From positions 192,001 to 256,000 of the forward strand of contig CBFHOE010000007.1 of the NCBI GenBank assembly GCA_965657355.1: a stretch of DNA of 64,000 nucleotides, given 5' to 3'. The notes beneath the pieces were generated by a model, which was not told where the DNA came from, searched no databases, and saw only the letters and a program-made list of their open reading frames with translations. Positions 9,786 through 19,203 of this stretch are shown here, piece by piece. Both the position numbers and the translations under genes were made by a program. Position 1 is the first letter of the stretch; each line of letters begins with the position of its first letter. This DNA comes from Limisphaerales bacterium (GTDB lineage Bacteria > Verrucomicrobiota > Verrucomicrobiia > Limisphaerales > JAJOIW01).

Positions 9786-10756
9786 GAGAGCTTTCTTACA
9801 TCGATCAAAGATAAATATTTTTCCAATGTCGCTTTTTGGATAACTCCCGAAACCTTGGTCTGAGTGTTGGCCATTCCACTGGCAGCTCCCAGTTTCAATG
9901 TTTCTTCAATGCTCTCTCCTGAAAGTATTCCAAAAACTAGACCAGCCATTGTGGCATCGCCACTCCCAATTGGATTTACAACTGAAAGAGATGGATGCTG
10001 AACAAGCCAAGCAATGTTTTTACAACAACATATCATCCCCCTCTCTCCAAGCGTCATCATGGATACAGATACCCCTTTCTCGATAGTTTTCTTTAATGTG
10101 GATACACAATCTGAAATCGAACTAAATCCTTTTCCCAAAGTCATCTCCCATTCAGTTTGATTAGCTTTGACCAAAAAAGCTCCAGATTGAATAGCGCTTT
10201 TTAGAAATTGCTTTTGGCAATCTACAAAGGCGTAACCACCACTATCCTGACAGGATTGGATCCAACGAGAATAAATGTCTTCGGAAGATCCAGGTGGTGG
10301 GCTGCCAGAGAGAACGAGCGAACTTTTCTCATGAAATCGAAGTCTAAGGCTTGCCTCTATTTCTTCAATGACTCTTTTGTCCAATTTCTTTGACTCCTCT
10401 ACAAGCTCAGTGACCTGGCCTGAAGAAGTATCTATCAAAGTTTGGCATATTCTAGTTTCGAACGGTACGTTTACTTTACTTATCTCTGAATTAAAACTTT
10501 TCTCCAAATATGATAGGAATTTAGCTCCGTTGCTTCCACCAAAAGTTGTGATCAGATGAGCTGGGCAACCTAATTGTTGGAGGATATGAAAAACATTAGT
10601 ACCTTTACCACTCGCCGACTCGAAGATTTCACCGGTTCGATTTACTTCTCCTATTTCCAACTTTGGCAATACCAAAGTGCGCTGTAGACAAGGAGTCACT
10701 CCAACAACAGTGACCGATTCTGATTGTTTGGTCTTCTTGTTTGATTCAAAAAGCAT
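9782..10756 (-). CDS. PfkB-family 1-phosphofructokinase/tagatose-6-phosphate kinase-like sugar kinase
   Basis: SGKGTNV, LSGSPP, KANQTE, NPIGSGDA. Confidence 0.85.
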   Translation of the reverse strand: MLFESNKKTKQSESVTVVGVTPCLQRTLVLPKLEIGEVNRTGEIFESASGKGTNVFHILQQLGCPAHLITTFGGSNGAKFLSYLEKSFNSEISKVNVPFETRICQTLIDTSSGQVTELVEESKKLDKRVIEEIEASLRLRFHEKSSLVLSGSPPPGSSEDIYSRWIQSCQDSGGYAFVDCQKQFLKSAIQSGAFLVKANQTEWEMTLGKGFSSISDCVSTLKKTIEKGVSVSMMTLGERGMICCCKNIAWLVQHPSLSVVNPIGSGDATMAGLVFGILSGESIEETLKLGAASGMANTQTKVSGVIQKATLEKYLSLIDVRKLS

Positions 10757-10757
10757 A

Positions 10758-11588
10758 CTAAATCCATCCTCTTAACTTATACACAACGGTGCCTACGATC
10801 TCATGAACGGCATCATTAAGATAATTAAGTTGAGTTATATATGGAATAACCGTGGGATACTTACTTCCGGTTGGAGAGCTTTTGTAAACTCTAAAATCAC
10901 AGGCAATGGGCTCAACGTCGATTCCCATTTTCCTGAGCAGTCTCAGACTCCTATCCATATGAGATGCAGAGGTGACCAAATACCAACGACTATCTTCAAA
11001 TTTTTTTTGATTTGAAATTTCGATAACGGCATCCGCTTCGTCTTTCGTGCTCTGGCACGGCGGCATTAATAGAATTTTTTCATTGTCCAGGTCGAGGTGA
11101 TCCATCCAACTTTGCCACGATTTCCTGAATTGGTCATAATGAGGGAAAAGGTTTGGAGAGTAATCACTCGTGACTAAGTATTCTGCCTTTCCTTTTTGGA
11201 GAGCAAGAATACCCGTCATCAACCGATCTGAGGCATGACCAAAATCGAGACCGGTTAGGCTTTGTGCAGATGGTTTCGCCCCACCTCCTAAGACTATAAT
11301 TCCGGTTCTAGGCTGGAGTTGCTCCACGTATTCTGCCCCAGCTTTATCACCCCATTTTTTCTCCAAAGATTTTAATATCGCATCGCTAAATGGCCCAAAA
11401 CCAGAGAGCCAAACAAAAAAGGTGACCAATGAAGAATATAATATGTGCCATTTATCTTTTCTTTTGATAGCGAAAAATAAATGCCCAAGCGATAAAAGCC
11501 AAATAAAGCCAAGCGGATGTCCGAGTAGCGAAAGACTATTTTGCACAGCAGTCAAAAAATTACTCATATAAAATACATTTATCATCAA
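10758..11588 (-). CDS. YdcF/ElyC/SanA (DUF218) family membrane protein
   Basis: N-terminal TM helices, IIVLGGG, STKDEA, LVTSASHMDRS, HEIVG. Start may be ATG 11567. Confidence 0.88.
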   Translation of the reverse strand: MMINVFYMSNFLTAVQNSLSLLGHPLGFIWLLSLGHLFFAIKRKDKWHILYSSLVTFFVWLSGFGPFSDAILKSLEKKWGDKAGAEYVEQLQPRTGIIVLGGGAKPSAQSLTGLDFGHASDRLMTGILALQKGKAEYLVTSDYSPNLFPHYDQFRKSWQSWMDHLDLDNEKILLMPPCQSTKDEADAVIEISNQKKFEDSRWYLVTSASHMDRSLRLLRKMGIDVEPIACDFRVYKSSPTGSKYPTVIPYITQLNYLNDAVHEIVGTVVYKLRGWI

Positions 11589-12121
11589 GAAATAATTAAT
11601 GACATGAGTTTCTCAGCAATTGAGTGACTTAAAATTGACGAATTGGTTGTGAAACAAAGAACACCAATAACAAAACAATAAATACCTAAGAACAGTGAAA
11701 AAAGATGTTGGATTTTTCCAATTTAATACACTCTCGCAGACGTCAAAAATTACCTAAAAAAGAAATCTTTTTTAACAAGTGCAAAGGAATCTGGAATAAA
11801 GTAAATCAAATAAGGTGGCTACTATACCTATTAAAATCTCAGCAAATTATACAAAGCTCGCCTTGTCTCAGAGCCCACTTTAAAAACGGTTTTGGCATCT
11901 CGGTTTAGATGAATTACGGCAGGTAAAAATGATGATTATCAAAAATCAAACTCCCCTACGGCATCTGTAAAACTCAAAGATGAATCGCTAAACCTTTGGA
12001 CTAGAGAGAAGCTGGTTACTTCAAATGCCAATGAAGAATTTTCAAAGCATATAGAGTCTAAGGTTCAGGTATCGGGACAAAATTTCAGTATTGCTTATGG
12101 AAAAGCCTCGAGGTCATAGAT

Positions 12122-12155
12122 GCTTCAGATCCAAGGTTTTTTACCCCTCTGAAGC
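12122..12155. terminator. Stem-loop, possible terminator
   Basis: GCTTCAGA(12122-12129)...TCTGAAGC(12148-12155), about 35 nt past the lactonase stop; T-rich tail only on the plus strand. Confidence 0.4.
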
Positions 12156-12188
12156 CATTAATTTGTTTAAAGAGTTACAAATCTTATG

Positions 12189-13346
12189 TTATTCACGTAT
12201 TTTTACGAATCTTACGCAGACAGGGTTGGGTATATGGATTGGTTCTCCAAAAGCTGTGAGTTTTCCAGACTTTGAATCGACCTTAAAAAGAGTGATCGTG
12301 TTTGAGTTTTGATTTGCCGCAAGAAGCCAATTACCTGTTGGATCTAAATTAAAGTTTCTAGGAGTTTTGCCCCCAGTTTTTATGACTTGAACCCGATTTA
12401 GTTTACCTTTTTTAGATGTCTCGAAAACAGCAATACTGTCATGTCCTCGATTTGAAGAGTATGAGAATTTTCCATTCGGATGAAAGACAACCTCAGCTGT
12501 AGAATTATTTTTTTTATAATCAGTTGGAAGCGTTTTCAGTTTATCTTGGAAAGCTAGCGTGCCCTTTTTTTTATTATATTGGTAACTCGAGAGCTCGGAT
12601 GACATTTCGTTCAAAACGAGAACCTGGTCAGATGTGGGATTGAATGCGAAATGCCTCGGACCAGACCCTGGCCTGACAGGAATTTTTGAGGGGTGGTGGT
12701 CTCCTATTGTGCCATCGACTGGGTTAAACGAATGGACCCATATACAGTCTACTCCGAGGTCGGCACTCATCAAAAATTTCCCACCAGGCGCCAAATGAAT
12801 AGAATGTCCATGTGGACTTTTTTGTCGGGTTCTATGAATACTTCCACCTGTATGTTGAACAAAACCAGTCAGTGAGCCGAGATTTCTTGATCCCTTAATA
12901 GCATAGGCACCAATGCTGCCACCCGTGTAGTTAGCAAAAAAAACATACGTTCCTTTTGGATGCACCTCCAGATGACATGGATGAGCACCGTAAGTTGGCT
13001 TTGCGGCAACAAACTCTAAATCTCCGGTTTTTCGATCCAATTGATACGAAGCAATGCCTCCCGAATTTTCGACACCATCCCAGTTGGAATCTTCTAAGAC
13101 GGCAAAGAGTGAATCTGATGATGGGTGAATTGCTAGAAAAGAAGGATTAGAAGCCTTTGCAGCTAAATTAACATCACTGAAGCTACCCGTATCAGAATTG
13201 AATCTAAAATTATAAATCCCCTCACTCTCCCCTTTTGTGTATGTTCCAACATACACGTGATAATCGTCAGCATTCCCCGCAGAAATAGATGATAATAAGA
13301 TACACATGGATATGAGTAGTAATGGGAAATTAAATATCTTAGTCAT
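12189..13346 (-). CDS. pgl: Secreted lactonase, 6-phosphogluconolactonase (7-bladed propeller) family
   Basis: VYVGTYT, NPSFLA, PCH, ANYTGGS, HGHS, GSGPRH, SNRGHDSI, GKTPRNF; signal peptide. Confidence 0.85.
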   Translation of the reverse strand: MTKIFNFPLLLISMCILLSSISAGNADDYHVYVGTYTKGESEGIYNFRFNSDTGSFSDVNLAAKASNPSFLAIHPSSDSLFAVLEDSNWDGVENSGGIASYQLDRKTGDLEFVAAKPTYGAHPCHLEVHPKGTYVFFANYTGGSIGAYAIKGSRNLGSLTGFVQHTGGSIHRTRQKSPHGHSIHLAPGGKFLMSADLGVDCIWVHSFNPVDGTIGDHHPSKIPVRPGSGPRHFAFNPTSDQVLVLNEMSSELSSYQYNKKKGTLAFQDKLKTLPTDYKKNNSTAEVVFHPNGKFSYSSNRGHDSIAVFETSKKGKLNRVQVIKTGGKTPRNFNLDPTGNWLLAANQNSNTITLFKVDSKSGKLTAFGEPIHIPNPVCVRFVKIRE

Positions 13347-13381
13347 AGTTGTATTTTAGGGATCTCACTAATTTATGGCCA
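13347..13381 (-). promoter_or_regulatory. sigma70-like promoter implying a leaderless lactonase mRNA
   Basis: TGGCCA(13381-13376)-N17-TAAAAT(13358-13353)-N6-ATG. Confidence 0.55.
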
Positions 13382-13444
13382 TTAAATAAATAACAACTCA
13401 TTGTTTCACATTAGATGGAATTTTAGATATAGATATCTCTTAAG

Positions 13445-14203
13445 GTGGACATTGATAAAGCACAAGAGCTTCTAAAAAAAGTAAAAGATCAATCTCTGGG
13501 AATCGAACAGGCATTGGACTATTTCCGTCAATCTCCTGTCGAGGATATTGGATTTGCTAACTTAGATACCCACAGAGGGCTCAGGCAAGGATTTCCTGAA
13601 GTTGTCTTTGGATTAGGTAAAACGCCAGAACAAATTACCGGGATTTGTGCAAAATTAGTGGAAAAGGAATCAAAATGGCTCGTAACTAGAATTAACTCAC
13701 AATCGGCGGCAAAGGTCATGCAAGAGATTCCAAAGGCTACCTACCACCCAGATGCTTCGTGCCTCTCCTACGGTATGCCTGATAAGCCACAATACCCTGG
13801 ATTTATAGGGATCATCACGGCTGGAACGAGTGATATCTCTGTTGCCAATGAGGCTTCTTTGACTGCCCAAATGATGGGCCATGAAACGCAAGTCCAACAT
13901 GACCTGGGCGTGGCAGGAATTCATCGAATTCTTTCTCGACAGGACTGGATCCAGAAAGCTCATGTCTTAATTGTAGTCGCTGGTATGGAAGGGGCATTGC
14001 CTAGCGTGGTCGCAGGGCTCACAGATTCACCAGTTATTGCCGTCCCCACATCAGTTGGCTATGGCACAAATTTTAATGGTGTCACTGCGTTATTAGGAAT
14101 GCTAAACAGTTGCGGCTCAGGAGTTATGGTTGTCAACGTGGATAACGGTTTTGGGGCAGGATTTGCAGCCTCACAAATAAACAAATTATCAAAACAATCA
14201 TGA
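13445..14203 (+). CDS. larB: Nickel-pincer cofactor biosynthesis protein LarB (PurE-like)
   Basis: R-GFPEVVFG-GKT, AGTSD, DLGVAGIHR, AGMEGALPSV, PTSVGYG, MLNSC, VNVDNGFGA. Confidence 0.95.
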   Translation: MDIDKAQELLKKVKDQSLGIEQALDYFRQSPVEDIGFANLDTHRGLRQGFPEVVFGLGKTPEQITGICAKLVEKESKWLVTRINSQSAAKVMQEIPKATYHPDASCLSYGMPDKPQYPGFIGIITAGTSDISVANEASLTAQMMGHETQVQHDLGVAGIHRILSRQDWIQKAHVLIVVAGMEGALPSVVAGLTDSPVIAVPTSVGYGTNFNGVTALLGMLNSCGSGVMVVNVDNGFGAGFAASQINKLSKQS

Positions 14204-15522
14204 AAAATATTCTATTTCTGGATATCTTTAGTGGGATTAGTGGCGACATGTTCATTGGGGCTATGTTAGATCTCGGGGTCGAGTTTTCTTGGCTTGAGTC
14301 TGAACTCTCCAAACTTGAACTAAGCGGCTATTCCCTTTCAGCAGAAAGAAAAGATAAATCAAATATATTTGGATATAAATTTGATGTTCACTTAAGCCCG
14401 CTTCCCAAAAAAGAAAACACCGTATCGAGTGGAGAGAGGTCTGAAAATACAACAGAACAGCATTCTCACAGTCACAGTCACAGTCACAGCCATGGTCACA
14501 GTCACTCCCTTTCTGGGGGGCATTTAGATCATGGCAGAAACTTCTCTGTCATCAGAGACCTCATTGCTAACACCCCGTATTCTGATTGGGTTAAATCTAG
14601 AGCAATATCTATTTTTCAGCGCGTGGCGGATGCTGAGGGCAAGGTGCACGGTATGCCTGCTGACATGGTTCACTTCCATGAGGTTGGAGCTATTGATTCC
14701 ATAGTTGACATTGTTGGAGCTTGTCTTTGCTTGGAGAAATTGGGATACCCGGACGTCTACTGTGGACCGGTTATCGAAGGCCATGGTTGGGTGAATTGCG
14801 CTCACGGCAGGTTCCCGATACCTACGGCTGCAACCTTAGAAATACTCAGTGCTAGAGGTGTAGCCTTGGAACAATGTGAAGAACCTAACGAATTGGTCAC
14901 ACCAACAGGTGCCGCATTGATTTGTGAGTTCGCCAAATCCTTTGACCGTATTAAGGGGATTTCGACTCACCGAATAGGGTATGGCTTGGGAACGAGGGAT
15001 AATGTCACAAGGCCCAATGTCTTGCGTGCCTGTTTTGGGGAAAAATCTGATCACATAGCACAGGAGAAAAAATGGGAGGAAGACGAAATCTATGTTTTAG
15101 AAACAAATATTGATGATAGCACTCCTGAAATGTTGGGAGATTTTTACAATAAGGCCTTAGCTCTTGGAGCTCTCGACGTTTCCATTTCGAACACCACAAT
15201 GAAAAAAAACCGCCCTGGTTTTCAATTACAAATCCTTGTCGATGAGGCCAATAGAGATACTTTGGCAGAAGCAATTTTTGCAAACACAACAGCCATTGGC
15301 ATGAGAGTAACCAAATGCTCACGGTTTATTCTTAAAAGGAGTCACGAGGTCATGGATACACCTTTTGGAGAATTAAAAATAAAAAAGACGTATCTCGGAT
15401 CCAAAGTGTTACAAGTAGCTCCAGAATACGAATCTGCCAGAAAACTGGCCGATGCTAATCAAGTTCCTATTAGGAAGATCTATGCCATTTGTAGTGAGAA
15501 AATGGGAAAAAAAATGGATTAA
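14200..15522 (+). CDS. larC: Nickel-pincer cofactor nickel insertase LarC, single continuous ORF
   Basis: SGISGDM, His-rich insert, HFHEVGAIDSIVD, AHG-PIP, ELVTPTGA, ETNIDD, MKKNRPG, PEYE; 4-bp overlap with larB. Confidence 0.95.
   Translation: MKNILFLDIFSGISGDMFIGAMLDLGVEFSWLESELSKLELSGYSLSAERKDKSNIFGYKFDVHLSPLPKKENTVSSGERSENTTEQHSHSHSHSHSHGHSHSLSGGHLDHGRNFSVIRDLIANTPYSDWVKSRAISIFQRVADAEGKVHGMPADMVHFHEVGAIDSIVDIVGACLCLEKLGYPDVYCGPVIEGHGWVNCAHGRFPIPTAATLEILSARGVALEQCEEPNELVTPTGAALICEFAKSFDRIKGISTHRIGYGLGTRDNVTRPNVLRACFGEKSDHIAQEKKWEEDEIYVLETNIDDSTPEMLGDFYNKALALGALDVSISNTTMKKNRPGFQLQILVDEANRDTLAEAIFANTTAIGMRVTKCSRFILKRSHEVMDTPFGELKIKKTYLGSKVLQVAPEYESARKLADANQVPIRKIYAICSEKMGKKMD
14461..14508 (+). 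repeat. Hexanucleotide tandem repeat encoding (His-Ser)n in LarC
   Basis: CATTCT CACAGT CACAGT CACAGT CACAGC CATGGT CACAGT CACTCC = HSHSHSHSHSHGHSHS. Confidence 0.9.
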
Positions 15523-15526
15523 AAGT

Positions 15527-15868
15527 TCAAGAAAGGACAGCTTTCAGCGCAGCCTCAAGCTTTGTGAGTTCTGTTTCAAGATTATTCAAGCCAGGAGACC
15601 ATTTGTCTTTTTTCAAATTCCTTGCATCTTTTTCTAATGACAAGGCAATTTCAAAGAGATTTTTTGCTGCGAAATTGCCGACAGAACCTTTAAGAGCATG
15701 AGCAGCGTTGGTGAGGTTCTCTCCATCATCATTTGCAATAGCAGTCCTAATTTCATTCACTTGGTTTGGGTAATCACCAAGAAATATTTCGATCATGTCT
15801 TCTAATAGCTCACGATCACCCTCCATGCGCCCCAGGGCAGCATCTAAATCAAATACGTCTTTATCCAC
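15527..15868 (-). CDS. Stand-alone Hpt (histidine phosphotransfer) protein
   Basis: AAHALKGSVGN phospho-His motif; 113 aa, helical. Confidence 0.92.
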   Translation of the reverse strand: MDKDVFDLDAALGRMEGDRELLEDMIEIFLGDYPNQVNEIRTAIANDDGENLTNAAHALKGSVGNFAAKNLFEIALSLEKDARNLKKDKWSPGLNNLETELTKLEAALKAVLS

Positions 15869-16067
15869 TATTTTATTCTTTGAATTTTATTTCAATTTAT
15901 TTGGACTTAATACCCATTCTCAAATTTAGAATCCACCTATACCGTCTTCGTAAGTTATATGGCTTTTTATGAATTTCGCAAGCATCTTAAATTGAATAGA
16001 ATGATTTCTTGTTACCCTTTTTGTTGAAATATTGTATTCACAATTAATTTACCTCAGTATTCGGTTT

Positions 16068-16931
16068 ATGAGTCAAAATAAAATTGGAATAATTGGTGGA
16101 TCCGGACTGTATGAAATGGAAGGCTTTGTGAACACCCATTGGGTTGATGTTGACACTCCATTTGGAAAACCATCAGATTCATTTCTGACCGGGGAGCTAG
16201 CCGGCAGGGAGGTCGTTTTTTTACCTCGACATGGCAGAGGGCATAAAATATTGCCTGGTGAACTTAACCACAGAGCCAATATTTGGGGCATGAAAAGCTT
16301 AGGAGTGAGCTGGATTATTTCAGCATCTGCGGTTGGCTCCCTCAAGGAGGAGTATGCTCCAACTGATATGGTAATGGTAGATCAATTTTTTGATCGAACG
16401 AGACAATCGCCAAACCACACATTCTTTGGTAAAGGAATCGTAGCTCATATTGCATTTGCTTTCCCTATCGCCGAAGAACTTAGAGTCATTCTTTTTGAAA
16501 CGGCAAAAGGACTAGGTGTAACGGCTCATGACGGCGGAACATATGTTAATATGGAAGGACCAGCTTTTAGTACGTTGGCAGAATCTGAAGCCAATAGACA
16601 ATTGGGTTTCGACGTCATCGGAATGACAAACCTGGGCGAAGCAAAGTGCGCACGAGAGGCAGAGATAGCGTATGCAACAATGGCCATGGTCACAGACTAT
16701 GATTGTTGGAAACAAGATGAAGACCCCGTTGAGGTTGAAATGGTCGTCGCCAACCTCAAAAGGAATGCGACTAATGCACAGTCGATAATCAAATTGGCTA
16801 TCGAAAAAATCCCCAATGAACCCGATTGGGAGAGTCACAATGCTTTAAAGAATGCAGTAATGACACCTAAAGATCTTTGGCCTGAGAATACCATAAAAAA
16901 ACTGAACCCTATTATATCAAAATATCTTTAA
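16068..16931 (+). CDS. mtnP: S-methyl-5'-thioadenosine phosphorylase
   Basis: [52 protein letters not shown] 16068 preferred over TTG 16032. Confidence 0.93.
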   Translation: MSQNKIGIIGGSGLYEMEGFVNTHWVDVDTPFGKPSDSFLTGELAGREVVFLPRHGRGHKILPGELNHRANIWGMKSLGVSWIISASAVGSLKEEYAPTDMVMVDQFFDRTRQSPNHTFFGKGIVAHIAFAFPIAEELRVILFETAKGLGVTAHDGGTYVNMEGPAFSTLAESEANRQLGFDVIGMTNLGEAKCAREAEIAYATMAMVTDYDCWKQDEDPVEVEMVVANLKRNATNAQSIIKLAIEKIPNEPDWESHNALKNAVMTPKDLWPENTIKKLNPIISKYL

Positions 16932-16942
16932 AACGTATTATT

Positions 16943-18349
16943 TCATCTAAGGATGGATTTGATGATTGGAACTAAAACTTTTTCAACTTCAGGAGATACT
17001 CGCGATGCCCCAGGACTAGCTTCATACCCGCCCTGTGAATAATGTATCTCACGACAAATATAACCAGGGCCATAGTCACCATAGGCGACCATACAAACAA
17101 AAGAATCAGGCTTCATTTGCTGAGCCTCAAGCTGGTACTCCACGACTGCCTCACCTGGGAGGAACAAAAGATCAACTCCAGCTATTCTAAGTCTTGATAA
17201 TGTGGCATTGTTTTGTCCCTGGTCCGAACGTCTGACCCAAGCAAGATGAGCTGCTGCAACTTTTTTCTGTGTATCAGTTGCAGAAGGGTTGCTTAAGATC
17301 GCTTTTAATTGAGAATCGATAAGGAATCCTGAGACTGGTAATTTAAAATCGAGTGATTTCCATTCGAAATTTCCAGATGAGATTGAAACTTTTTCAGTCT
17401 TATCCCAAGCTTTTTTCATTCCATCAGCTAACTTAGTTGCGAGCAAAATCCTATTTTCAGGATTTCCATCGTTCCATTTACCCGCTCCGATATTGCCACC
17501 AGCACCTGTGAAGTGAATATGTCGTATTCCGGCTGTCTGTGTTTCCCTGAATTCCCTGGCCATTCCTGGAAAATCGGGGTTTGCGCCCCCTCTGCGATAG
17601 TAGCTTTGAGGATGTGTAGCGTAGAAAGACAAAACCACTATCGGGGTAGTATTGTTCCAGAAGCTGACAAGTCTGACACTAGGGTCTATAATGCCAACCG
17701 GCTCTGCACGTAATTTGGGGTCAGTTGTAGCAGTATATCGAGTTGCCCTTACTCTGCCGTCATCACCTAGAATTCTTCTATTCGAGGCCACTTCTTTAAC
17801 ATCAGCCTTTCCTGTTCCAATATGGGTTACTTGAGTGTATGACTGGCATGCTTTCTGAACTGCCTGCGCACAATCAGATATAGCTTTTCTACAAAATACC
17901 GGGTCCATAAATGTTTTATGAGCACCGTAATTAAAAAGAATTTTGTAGGTGGTAAAATCACAAACGGGAGCATCGTGTTGATGATTTGTGTGAACAGCAA
18001 CTCTAGATGCAGTTGTGCCAGCTGCCTCGGCAAGCGCCTCTTTCCATTCGTCTTGCCCCTCATTTCCTATTCCAATCCAATCGACAGCACACAAAACGAT
18101 GGGCAAGCCACCATTCTCATTACTGGATTTCAAAACTATCCCTCTGGCACTTAGCGGCTTATCTTTCCATGTATTTTGGATGTACGCCAAAGGACTTCCT
18201 ATGGGTGGCGTAACATCAACTTCAAAGGTTGTCAGTAAAACACCAGATGAAGCAGGTTCATTAATTTTACTTTTGAAACCTTCATCTGCGGAAGCAACAA
18301 AAGCAAAAACACATACCAAGACTAATAGGAGTTGTACTTTAAATTTCAT
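16943..18349 (-). CDS. Secreted neutral/alkaline ceramidase-like hydrolase of unknown substrate
   Basis: Signal peptide, DVTPP, LSARGIVL, HTNHQHDAP, YATHPQS, GAGGN, LPGE, GGYE. Confidence 0.7.
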   Translation of the reverse strand: MKFKVQLLLVLVCVFAFVASADEGFKSKINEPASSGVLLTTFEVDVTPPIGSPLAYIQNTWKDKPLSARGIVLKSSNENGGLPIVLCAVDWIGIGNEGQDEWKEALAEAAGTTASRVAVHTNHQHDAPVCDFTTYKILFNYGAHKTFMDPVFCRKAISDCAQAVQKACQSYTQVTHIGTGKADVKEVASNRRILGDDGRVRATRYTATTDPKLRAEPVGIIDPSVRLVSFWNNTTPIVVLSFYATHPQSYYRRGGANPDFPGMAREFRETQTAGIRHIHFTGAGGNIGAGKWNDGNPENRILLATKLADGMKKAWDKTEKVSISSGNFEWKSLDFKLPVSGFLIDSQLKAILSNPSATDTQKKVAAAHLAWVRRSDQGQNNATLSRLRIAGVDLLFLPGEAVVEYQLEAQQMKPDSFVCMVAYGDYGPGYICREIHYSQGGYEASPGASRVSPEVEKVLVPIIKSILR

Positions 18350-19200
18350 TAAATTCCCTCAATAAATTTTAATATTTTATTTATTATCTTATCAGAGTAA
18401 AACTCGCCCCCCCCGTGAGCTCCGCCGTGAATGATTTCTAAATCTACCTTCAAATGTTTTTCCTTATATTTTCCAAATAACTCAAGCGATTGGTTAACAG
18501 GCATTTGATTGTCTTGATCACCATGTATGAGCAACAAAGGAGGATCGCCATGATCAATATGAAAAACCGGGCTCGCTAATTCAGCTTCTACCTTTTTTTT
18601 ATCGGGCTGGCCGCCTAAAAGTAATTCAAGCGCAGGACCCCTCACTCTGAGGCCGTGCGGGGTGGACTGAGATAAGATTGTGGTTAGATTGGAGGCCCCA
18701 TAAAAACTGACAATACCTTGGACAGATGAAGACAAATTACCATTTCCTCCAATTTCACCCTCAAGGCCTTTGTGATTATTTGTGACGCCAACTAACGAAG
18801 CCAAATGTCCGCCCGCTGAGGATCCGATAATCACAACTTTTTCCACAAAAATATTTAGTTGTTTCCCATGAGCCCGCAAAAACCTAATAGCCCCTTTAAT
18901 GTCGTGGATATTTTGTGGAAATGAAGCCTGTGGTGTTAGACTGTAATCAACGCTTGCTATGGGGTAACCGTGATCCAACAATCCTTTTATTGGCAGGCTT
19001 TTCCTGCTACCACTGCGCCACGCCCCCCCATGCACATAGACGACAACTGCGTTTTTCAGCGATTTTTTTGGTAAGTATAGGTCGAGCTGCAATGGGCGCC
19101 CGTCCAACTCAGAATACTGAAGTGTTTTCATCTGCACTGCCTCCAATAAAGAACACGAAAAAAAATGAAGAAGTAAAACAATTTGAAGAATTTTTTTCAT
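18349..19200 (-). CDS. Secreted alpha/beta hydrolase (HSL/BD-FAE-like esterase)
   Basis: LDLYLP, HGGAW, GSSAGG, HGDQD, AHG. Confidence 0.9.
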   Translation of the reverse strand: MKKILQIVLLLHFFSCSLLEAVQMKTLQYSELDGRPLQLDLYLPKKSLKNAVVVYVHGGAWRSGSRKSLPIKGLLDHGYPIASVDYSLTPQASFPQNIHDIKGAIRFLRAHGKQLNIFVEKVVIIGSSAGGHLASLVGVTNNHKGLEGEIGGNGNLSSSVQGIVSFYGASNLTTILSQSTPHGLRVRGPALELLLGGQPDKKKVEAELASPVFHIDHGDPPLLLIHGDQDNQMPVNQSLELFGKYKEKHLKVDLEIIHGGAHGGGEFYSDKIINKILKFIEGI

Positions 19201-19203
19201 TGA

